In this document: in pieces, positions 53,475 to 64,000 of the stretch | Layout: each line of letters opens with the position of its first letter | Position numbering within the stretch: the stretch's first letter is position 1 | Source of the DNA: an uncultured Verrucomicrobiae bacterium | GTDB lineage: Bacteria > Verrucomicrobiota > Verrucomicrobiia > Limisphaerales > JAFGQR01 | Direction of reading: 5' to 3' | DNA length: 64,000 nucleotides | Assembly (NCBI GenBank): GCA_963788655.1 | Contig: CAWBHS010000072.1 | Span: 1-64,000 of the forward strand | Position numbers and translations under genes: made by a program | Notes under the pieces: model-generated | The model's input: only the letters and a program-made list of their open reading frames with translations | Told to the model about the DNA's origin: nothing | Databases searched by the model: none

Positions 53475-53984
53475 ATGCTGTGTTGCGTGTGCAAAGCCAA
53501 AGAAGCGAAAGTGCATCTGACCCAAATCATTGGGGAAAAGATGCAGAAGGTGGACCTTTGCGAAGAGTGCGCGAAAGAGAAAGGGGTGAATGATCCCGCG
53601 GGATTTTCCCTGGCCGACCTGTTGTTGGGCTTGGGCGCTTCGCAGGAAATGGAGCAGGCGATTGGCAGCCAGACATTGAAATGTCCGCATTGCGGCTTTT
53701 CCCAGGCGGATTTCAAAAAATCCGGTCGGCTGGGTTGCGCCGAATGTTATGACACGTTCGCTGAGGGACTGGAAGGTCTGTTGAAAACCATGCACAACGG
53801 CACCAAGCATATTGGCAAAGCGCCCGCCGGAATGCGGCAAACCCGGAATCTGACCGAACGCATCAAGCTCCTGCAGAAGAAACTCGACAAAGCGGTGGCC
53901 GAAGAGAATTTCGAAAAAGCCGCCGATTACCGCGACGAAATTAAATTGACCAAGGCGCGGTTGACCCAGATTACCAAGCCATAG
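53475..53984 (+). CDS. mcsA: Protein-arginine kinase activator McsA (UVR domain)
   Basis: Four CxxC motifs, GRLGCAECY, C-terminal ENFEKAADYRDEI. Confidence 0.93.
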   Translation: MLCCVCKAKEAKVHLTQIIGEKMQKVDLCEECAKEKGVNDPAGFSLADLLLGLGASQEMEQAIGSQTLKCPHCGFSQADFKKSGRLGCAECYDTFAEGLEGLLKTMHNGTKHIGKAPAGMRQTRNLTERIKLLQKKLDKAVAEENFEKAADYRDEIKLTKARLTQITKP

Positions 53985-53988
53985 AGTC

Positions 53989-55110
53989 ATGAAGCTTAGC
54001 GAATTTATCGCGCCAACTTCGGAAGCCGCCCGCCGGGAGGGTCCGCACAACCGGATTGTCCTTTCCAGTCGGGTCCGTCTGGCCCGCAATCTAAAAGCAA
54101 GCCGTTTCCGGGATGGGCCAAGAAAGCGGAGCGCGTCAAGTCGTGGGACCTGATTCGGCCGGCGGTCGAATCACTGCCGCAAATGACCGGCGCTTTCGCG
54201 GAGTCCATGGACAAGTTGACGCCGCTGGACAAGCAAATCCTGGTGGAGCGCCATTTGATCAGCCGCGAGCACGCCGCCAAGAGCGCGGGCAGCGGGCTGG
54301 TGCTGAACCGGGAGGAAACGCTTTGCGTGATGATCAACGAGGAAGACCACCTGCGCATGCAGGCGTTGCGTCCGGGCCTGCAACTCAGCAGGCGTGGAAG
54401 GTCATTGACGAGGTGGATTCCAACTGGAGAAGAAGCTGGAGTATGCGTTCAGTCCCGAGTTCGGCTACCTGACCGCCTGCCCGACCAACTTGGGCACCGG
54501 CATCCGCGTCAGCGCCATGCTGCATCTGCCGGGCTTGGTGCTGGCCGAGCAGATCAACCCGATCATCCAGTCCGTCAACAAGCTTGGCCTGGCGGTGCGC
54601 GGGCTTTACGGCGAAGGCACCGAGGCGCTGGGTAATGTCTTTCAGGTGTCCAACCAGATGACACTGGGCGAATCGGAGTCGGACATCGTGGAGCGGCTCG
54701 ACAAGGTGCTGCCGCAAATCATCGAGCACGAGGAAAATGCCCGGGCCACGCTGCTGGAGAAGAAGCCCAAGATGGTCTACAACCATATCGGACGCGCCTA
54801 CGGCATTCTGGCCAACGCGCACAGCATTTCCTCGAAGGAAACCATGAACCTGCTGTCGTTGATGCGGCTGGGGGTGGACTTGGAGTTGTTCGGCATTGGA
54901 GCGGTGGGCGGTGGACGAGTTATTCATTTTGACGCAACCCGCCCACCTCCAACGAACTTTAGCGGAGAAACTTGGGCCGAGGAACGCGACTTGCTGCGTG
55001 CCGACATGCTGCGCGAGCGGCTGCGCGACATGACCGCCCGTCATCCAAGCCTACCGGTCGGAGTACGACCTCCGAAAAGAAGGCTTCCAGTTAACGGGCC
55101 AGGGCATAAA
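53989..55110 (+). CDS. mcsB: Protein-arginine kinase McsB (several frameshifts; end approximate)
   Basis: VLSSRVRLARNL, LVERHLIS, MINEEDHLR, GYLTACPTNLGTGIRVSAMLHLPGL, VRGLYGEG, FQVSNQ spread over shifting frames. Confidence 0.9.
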
Positions 55111-55400
55111 CCCGAACTCCCAACGGGATTGCGCGCTGGCTGCGAGTGGAAGTTGGAACAGTTTTATGGGAGTCGGCATTGGGTTTTCTTTCGGATTTCG
55201 GGCTTTCTGACTTCGGATGTTGAAATTCTGGCATCAAAGATGTTTGCCGATCTAGGGGATTTCTGGTAATTACTGTTATGTCGCATTCCAGCAACGCCGA
55301 GAGCGAGCTAGCGGTGGGATGGGAATGCGCCGGGCAAGTCGGAAGCTCTGGCTGGGAACCGCTGGACAAAACAGGCAACAATGGCATTTATTAAATAGGT

Positions 55401-57910
<2,510 letters not shown>

Positions 57911-58227
57911 GAGCACGAGTCCGCCGAGCGGTTCGATTCGTCTTTCACTTACTTTGAGGGCTTGTTCACGGAACAAGCCCTTCTTCTTTTCCACTGGCCA
58001 TCCTCGCCACCTTGTCCCAAGACAAGACAAACCCTTTTGTTTCAAGACACGGCACGGTTTCAGTCGGCTTCGGGCCGATTTTTATCGGGTTTCCGGAAGG
58101 GGCTAAAACCCTGTAAATGGCCATTCCAATGGGAAATGGTGGAACAGAATGAAATTGTTTAGGGCGACCCACCACTCTGGCAAACCCGCTGCTAGATCGA
58201 GATCCGCACATGTAAACCAGGATCGTT

Positions 58228-58695
58228 ATGAAAATGAAGTTATCACTCTCAGCCAGTTCGCAGCGCCGCCGGCAGGCGGGCTTCTCCCTGGTCGAAGTCA
58301 CAGTGGGCATGGGCCTGTTGGCCACCGTAATGGGCGCCTTGTTTTCCAGCTTTACCTCCGGCTTTTTCACCGTGCAGTTGGCGCGCGAAAACCTCCGGGC
58401 CACCCAAATCCTGCTCGAGAAAGTCGAAACCATCCGCCTGTATAGCTGGGACCAGATCAATACGCCCGGCTTTATTCCCGCCACCTTCACGGCGCCCTAC
58501 GATCCCAATTCGACCAATGGCGGGCTCACCTACACGGGGACGATGACAATCAGTGACGCACCAATTTCCTCGTCCTATTCCAACGAGATGAAACAATTCA
58601 CCGTCCAGTTGAACTGGAAAACCGGCAAACTGGATCGCGCTCGCGAATTCACCACGTATGTCGCCCGCAATGGCCTGCAAACTTACATCTACTAG
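58228..58695 (+). CDS. Prepilin-type N-terminal cleavage protein (PilV-like)
   Basis: RRRQAG-FSLVEV class III signal peptide. Confidence 0.85.
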   Translation: MKMKLSLSASSQRRRQAGFSLVEVTVGMGLLATVMGALFSSFTSGFFTVQLARENLRATQILLEKVETIRLYSWDQINTPGFIPATFTAPYDPNSTNGGLTYTGTMTISDAPISSSYSNEMKQFTVQLNWKTGKLDRAREFTTYVARNGLQTYIY

Positions 58696-59245
58696 GCGAC
58701 TGGCCCGCCCAACTCGCCGGACAGCGCCACCTTTCGGATTTGCGCTGGTCGAAATGATTTTTGCCATGGGCATCACCACCTTGCTGGTGTTGGTGGTGTG
58801 TTCCTTTGCCATTTACAGCAGCCGCAACTTCGCCGTGCTCGCCAATTACGTGGAATTGGACGACGCCAACCGGTTGGCCATCGACCACATGACTCAGGAT
58901 TTGCGCCAGGCCCGGCGACTGGTCAGTGCCTCCGCCACCACCCTGACGCTGGAGGACAGCGACGGATTCACGATCCAATACGCGTTCAATCCGAACACCC
59001 ACATCCTGAGCCGGACCAAGGGAGGCATCACTCAGGTGATGCTCACCGAATGTGATACCTTGAATTTCGCGTTAGGACAACGCAACCCGGTCGGCGGTTC
59101 CTATGATATTTATCCGGCGGCCACTCCCGAGACGGCCAAAGTGGTGAACGTGTCTTGGGTTTGCTCGCGCAAGATTTTGGGCGTCCGATCCAATACCGAA
59201 AGTGTCCAAACCGCTCGCATTGTCATTCGCAAACAAGGTACATGA
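58670..59245 (+). CDS. Prepilin-type N-terminal cleavage protein (PilW-like)
   Basis: G-FALVEMIF followed by hydrophobic helix; QDLRQA motif; overlaps the upstream gene. Confidence 0.82.
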   Translation: MACKLTSTRRLARPTRRTAPPFGFALVEMIFAMGITTLLVLVVCSFAIYSSRNFAVLANYVELDDANRLAIDHMTQDLRQARRLVSASATTLTLEDSDGFTIQYAFNPNTHILSRTKGGITQVMLTECDTLNFALGQRNPVGGSYDIYPAATPETAKVVNVSWVCSRKILGVRSNTESVQTARIVIRKQGT

Positions 59246-59258
59246 AGCTGATGGTCGT

Positions 59259-60683
59259 ATGAAACTCCAACTCCCTTCTTCCCGTCGTTGTGCGGGTAAC
59301 ACTTTGCTGCTGACCCTGGTCATTGCCGCCGTGGTCGGCTTCATTCTCGTCGCCTACCTCAATTTGGTGCGGGCCCAACACATGGCTACCATGCGCTCGC
59401 AAGCCTGGAACGTGGCGGTGCCGGTGATCGAAGCGGGCATCGAGGATGCCCTGGCCCACCTGAATGCGCATGCAGGCAGCAGTCTGGCCTGCGATGGATG
59501 GCACAGTGCCGGTAGCTATTACTGGTTGTATCGCCACGTGGGCGATCATTTCTATATTGTCACCATTTCGAACTATTTCGTTGGGATTACGACGAATGCT
59601 CCGGTGATCGAATCCCGGGGTTACGTGAGCATGCCCACGCTGGTTGCCTCCGCGTCGTCAGGTCCCCTGCTGGCCTCGACGACCATGGCCATGACTTACA
59701 AAAACTATCTGGGACGCGGAGTGCGGGTGCGGACGCGGCAGGATGCGCTGTTTGCCAAGGGGTTGGTGGCCCGTGACACGATTGACATGAACGGCAATAA
59801 CATCGAAGCGGATAGTTTTGATTCCACGGACGCTAATTACAGCACCAGCGGCCAGTATGACTCCACCAAGCACAAAGATAAGGGTGACGTGGCCACCAAT
59901 TCCAGCCTGACCAACTCGTTGAACGTTGGCAACGCGGACATCTTTGGACACGTGGCGACGGGCCCCAACGGCAGCGTGGCGATTGGGCCGCAGGGTTCTG
60001 TGGGCGACATGTCCTGGCACGCGGCCAACCGTCGCGGGATCAAACCCGGCTTTTACAACGATGACATGAATGTGAATTTTCCCGATGTTGAAACTCCGTT
60101 CAACGGCGGCTTTTCCCTCAACGGCGGCTACGTCACGAATGCCGATGGTTCCACGACCTATTACGATCAAATTCTGGAGGACGGCAACTATCAGACAGTG
60201 AACCTTTCCGGCACCACTTACGTGCGTGGGCAGGCGAAGCTGCTGGTGACGGGAGGCATTTCCATGTCGGGACACGACGAAATCGTCATACCCGAAGGCA
60301 AAACTTTGAAACTGTATATGGCGGGAACCTCCGCCAGTCTCGGCGGCAATGGGGTGATGAATTCCGATGGCTACGCGACAAACTTTTTTTATTACGGTTT
60401 GCCCGAGAACACTTCTTTGAGCCTCAGCGGCAACGGTGCATTTGTGGGCACGGTGTACGCTCCCAATGCCGCCTTGACACTCAACGGCGGCGGCCACAAT
60501 AAGACGGATTTCGTCGGCGCGGCCATTACCAAAACCGCGCGGCTCAACGGCCATTTTAGCTTCCATTACGATGAAGCCCTGAAGACGTACGGCCCAGTGC
60601 GCAGTTATGTGATTACCGATTGGGATGAAATGACCCCGGATGAAGTCGGCGCTACGGTCATCTCCATCCCGGTTTTTAATTGA
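59259..60683 (+). CDS. PilX-like minor pilin with large beta-rich C-terminal domain
   Basis: AG-NTLLLTLV lacking Glu5; IEAGIEDAL; DSFDS, GTVYAPNAAL, FHYDEAL. Confidence 0.78.
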   Translation: MKLQLPSSRRCAGNTLLLTLVIAAVVGFILVAYLNLVRAQHMATMRSQAWNVAVPVIEAGIEDALAHLNAHAGSSLACDGWHSAGSYYWLYRHVGDHFYIVTISNYFVGITTNAPVIESRGYVSMPTLVASASSGPLLASTTMAMTYKNYLGRGVRVRTRQDALFAKGLVARDTIDMNGNNIEADSFDSTDANYSTSGQYDSTKHKDKGDVATNSSLTNSLNVGNADIFGHVATGPNGSVAIGPQGSVGDMSWHAANRRGIKPGFYNDDMNVNFPDVETPFNGGFSLNGGYVTNADGSTTYYDQILEDGNYQTVNLSGTTYVRGQAKLLVTGGISMSGHDEIVIPEGKTLKLYMAGTSASLGGNGVMNSDGYATNFFYYGLPENTSLSLSGNGAFVGTVYAPNAALTLNGGGHNKTDFVGAAITKTARLNGHFSFHYDEALKTYGPVRSYVITDWDEMTPDEVGATVISIPVFN

Positions 60684-60722
60684 TGGATCGGCTGGACGTC
60701 TGCAGGGCTGGATGGCCAGCCA

Positions 60723-62038
60723 CTATTTGTCAGCCGGAGCTTCTTTCTCCAAATCCAGACACAACAAGCTCCGGGCGTCGCGCACAAACAGTTTGCCGTT
60801 GACGTAGGCCGGATGACTCCACGTGCTGCCGCAAACTTGCAGGCGACCGAGCTCGGCATACTGCTCAGGATCCGCGGCCAGCAGCAACAGCGTGCCGCTT
60901 TCGTTCAATACGAGCAACTTGTCTCCCACCGCAATCGTCGAGGAATAGTCCTTCTGCCCCCGGCCAAATCCCGGCTGGGACCAGCGTAATTCGCCAGTCT
61001 TGGCGGATACGCACACATAATCTTTGTTCGGACCCTGGCTGTAGAGGTAATCGCCGAGCAATACCGGGGTGGCGATATTGATTTTAAGCTGCTTGTTGAC
61101 CCAGGTTGTTTGGGCGTCCAGCCGGTTGCCGTTTGCGGAAATGCGCACCCCCACCAAACCGAGCGTATGTGAATTGACGATCACGGTGTCACCCCAAATT
61201 ACGGGCGTTGCCGCGTGCCGCTTGGCGGCCGTCTTCAAGGGGACGCGCCAAAGAATCCGTCCATCATCGAGCCGCGCCCCCAGCAGAGCGTCCGCGGTGA
61301 ACGCCACCACCTGCCGCACGCCGGCCAATGCGGCGACGATGAACGAGGAATAGGCCGCTTCGTCGTTTCCGGATTTCCACAACACGCGGCCAGTGCGTTT
61401 GTCGAAGCCCACCAAGCTGGCGTTGTCCGGGCTGCCCACCGGCAAGATCAGACGCTCGCCGTCAATCACTCCACAGCCGTTGTTGCCGCGTCGCGCCGCC
61501 GTGCCGCGCGGGGCCTTGCTGCCGTAAAACTCGACGCCGAAATCCATTTCGAAACTGGTCCGCCAAAGCACCGAACCATCATTGAGGCGCAGACAAACAA
61601 AGTCCCCGCGGCACGATTGCGCGTACACCCGGTCGTCGTCCACGAAGGGAGTGGACCGGGGGCCGTTGCCCCACTCGTCGCCGAACGCTTCGGCAAAGGG
61701 AACGCGCCACCGTTCCTCGCCGCTGGCCGCATCGATGGCGTGTACCACTTCGCGGTGATTTTGTTCGTCCAGGTAAATCAAATCATCGCCAACCACGACG
61801 GGCGAAGAATGGCCTGAACCGATGGCGAGTTTCCAGACCGGTTTCAGGTCGCGGGTAGGGTAGCCAGACGCAGCGCTTTGGCGGCGGCGTGTCCATCCCG
61901 ATTGGGTCCGCGCCACTGCGGCCAATCCGCCCCGCCGGCCGCCCGGAGCCATTCCGGGCTTGAACCGAGTATTATCATCAGGATCACCGTCCCGCACCAC
62001 GCCCGGACCCACGCCTGAAGTTTCATTTTGGTTACCAT
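60723..62038 (-). CDS. PQQ-like beta-propeller repeat protein (frameshift near 61860)
   Basis: Signal peptide and DWPQWRGPNRDG in ORF 61844..62092; GHSSPVV, GPRSTP, AAYSS, TWSHPAYVNGKLFVRD in the main ORF. Confidence 0.85.
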
Positions 62039-62042
62039 GGTT

Positions 62043-62681
62043 TTACCATTCGCCATCAACCAGCAGTGATACGGCACGGCGGGCCAAATCATTCGCGACC
62101 AACGGAATGGCTTGCCGTTCTGTAGCGGGAAGATCAGCCAGCAGCCGGGCCGTCGAGCGCCCCATCACATCTCTGGCCAAAACCACCCGGCCGGAACTGC
62201 GTTCCTGAACGGTGATGTGCGCGATCATCGTGAGCTGGAAATCACGGGGCGTGATGATGTCTTCCGGGTCAAACGTCACGCCCATCCGCTCGTATTTTAC
62301 GATGTTGCCCGACACGATGAGGTCGGCTTCGTTATGGGTGTCCAAGCGATACGTTCCGTCCTGTTGCAAGCGTTCGCGAAGGGCGCGCGTCACGGCGTCG
62401 CTCAAGCGCGGTTCAATCGTCTCGTTGGCGAAAGGATTCACCTGGATCGACGCAGCGCCTGCCTGCCGGCCCATCGTGGGGCCTAGTTGGTACCCAGCAC
62501 AACCCGACGAGAGCACGGCGAGGAACGCGCATGCCAGGAGGCGGATTGCCCGGCGGCCAGCCCATGTGTCGGCGGGGCAGGGATGCAAAGGTGGGGGGCG
62601 CCCCAGGGCGACCTTCTTGTGGCGGTCATCCACAGGCCGCCGCGACGCGTTCGCCAATTCGGAGGTGGGAAAAGCCAGCAT
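62043..62681 (-). CDS. lptE: LptE-family LPS-assembly lipoprotein (true start may lie downstream)
   Basis: Lipobox LSSGC-AGYQLG; VNPFANETIEPRL; directly downstream of bamD-like gene. Confidence 0.75.
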   Translation of the reverse strand: MLAFPTSELANASRRPVDDRHKKVALGRPPPLHPCPADTWAGRRAIRLLACAFLAVLSSGCAGYQLGPTMGRQAGAASIQVNPFANETIEPRLSDAVTRALRERLQQDGTYRLDTHNEADLIVSGNIVKYERMGVTFDPEDIITPRDFQLTMIAHITVQERSSGRVVLARDVMGRSTARLLADLPATERQAIPLVANDLARRAVSLLVDGEW

Positions 62682-62687
62682 GACCGG

Positions 62688-63681
62688 TCACTCTAAGGTG
62701 TGTTTTTGAATCGCATCGATGTGGAATTTAGCTTCATCCGCATACGTGGAAGTGGGGTCTTTCAGCAAGACTTCGTTGTAGTAAATGAGCGCCGCCTTCC
62801 AGGCGCGCCCCTTTTCGTAAAACCGGGCGATTTGCAGGCTGCCCCGCGCCTGCTCAGTTTTCAGCGCGTCAATGGTGTTTTGCGCTTCTGCCACTCGGGG
62901 ATCTTTCGGGTGCAGGATGGTAAAGTCTCTGAAGGTGGCGATCGCCGTGCCCGCAACACTTTGATCGTATTCGGCGGTCTTGGCCTGCCGGGCATAAGCT
63001 TCAGCCGCCTTGAACAAGGCATCCGCGCCAATCGGCTTGTCACTGTAACGGTCGGCGGCCACCTCGTAGGCTTTGGCCGCATTGGCGTAGTCCGGGACAT
63101 GCATCCACAGGAACTTTTTGCTTTCGTAGGCCGTCCCGATGTTCATTTGCGCCTGAGGCGCGACTACGCTGTAGCGTCCGTTTTTGACAATTTGCTCGTA
63201 CATCTCGATGGTTTTGGCCATGGACCGAAACCAAGGCACAATTCCCCACAGCTTGAACGGCTTGCCCGCCAGGTGCCGGTTGGCCAGAGCAAACTCGCGC
63301 TCGATGATTTCGTCGAATTTCTGGCAGCTTGGGATACCGCTCCAGCAATCGTTGATAAGCTTTGAAGGCTCGTTGGTCCTGGTTCTTGGCTTCGTAGCAG
63401 CGCGCGACGAGATACTGCGCCTCGGAGGCATAATCGGCATAGGGCCAGTTATTCACCACCCGGCGGGCGGCTTTCAAGGCGAGGCCATATTGCTGCGCGG
63501 CAAACGCGGTTTGCGCGACTTCCATTTGGTCTTTGGCGTCCCGCCGCCGCCATTTGGGTTCCCCGACTTTTTCGTAATGCCAACCTTCGCCCGGGGTGTA
63601 GATCAAGGGCGCCGGACAACGGATCGGAACCAACAACAAAAAAAATATGATGGCAAAAAACTGAACGAACCAACGCGTCAT
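62688..63681 (-). CDS. bamD: Outer membrane protein assembly factor BamD-like TPR protein (frameshift near 63325)
   Basis: TPR helices; YDQS..TAIATFRDF..HP; IARFYEK..AALIYYNEV. Confidence 0.78.
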
Positions 63682-63792
63682 GCGCCGAAGCTAAGCCAGG
63701 GCGGCCCGGCAAGTCAAGGCGGTGAAAAGTCCGCGTCAGGCGGTGCTGGATGAAGCATCCTCAGTGAACCAACCGCCAGCAAACAATGCCCT

Positions 63793-63988
63793 AGCCGTAT
63801 CAATTCAGTGGCTGGTGTGGCGATGAGGCAGTTCGGCGTGGTAGGACAGGCGTCTCGCCTGTCTTGGATAACCCAAGGCATCCTCACCGTTTGGTGACAA
63901 AGGAAGACTCACCGCGCTGTGATACAAGTTGTTGGTTTGCACCCGTTCGGGACAGGCGGGACGCCTGTCCTACTGAATAGTCACGGCT
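63793..63988. mobile_element. ~195-bp MITE-like element, copy C
   Basis: Imperfect 19-bp TIR AGCCGTATCAATTCAGTGG / CTACTGAATAGTCACGGCT; core GTAGGACAGGCGTCTCGCCTGTC...GACAGGCGGGACGCCTGTCCTAC. Confidence 0.78.
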
Positions 63989-64000
63989 TATGCCCAGAGT

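Noticed and set aside
60723..62038. Calling the propeller protein BamB because it follows bamD-lptE
   Set aside because: No lipobox, and the DWPQWRGP start is typical of the expanded PVC PQQ-like family.

Overview
GC-rich bacterial DNA, probably a Verrucomicrobiota (Pedosphaerales/Limisphaerales-like) genome. That placement is inferred from ilvE-mcsA-mcsB-clpC synteny, a prepilin trio, a C-terminal 'YYRL' domain and PQQ-propeller and Tat Gfo/Idh/MocA genes. Many genes carry single-base frameshifts, most likely assembly errors. Contents in order: (1) a feo operon with a naturally split FeoB and a membrane-anchored DtxR-FeoA-FeoA regulator; (2) a large PQQ-propeller/methyltransferase protein; (3) a putative pectin-utilisation cluster (two DUF1593 proteins, an unclassified GH-like protein, pectate lyase, AraC regulator); (4) an IS accessory-gene remnant, an NHL protein, nikR and tRNA-Val(CAC); (5) a degenerate integron-cassette array (attC-like sites, no integrase); (6) an orphan ABC permease/ATPase plus AAA+ ATPase; (7) a complete hdrCBA-mvhDGA-protease (group 3c [NiFe] hydrogenase) operon; (8) glnK-amtB with a sigma54-type promoter; (9) a ~3100-aa HYR-repeat surface protein with domains nested inside repeats; (10) ilvE-mcsA-mcsB-clpC; (11) a minor-pilin-like trio; (12) bamD-lptE-PQQ propeller. 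Intergenic DNA holds several families of REP doublets, and three ~195-bp elements share the same terminal shell but carry two different REP cores.
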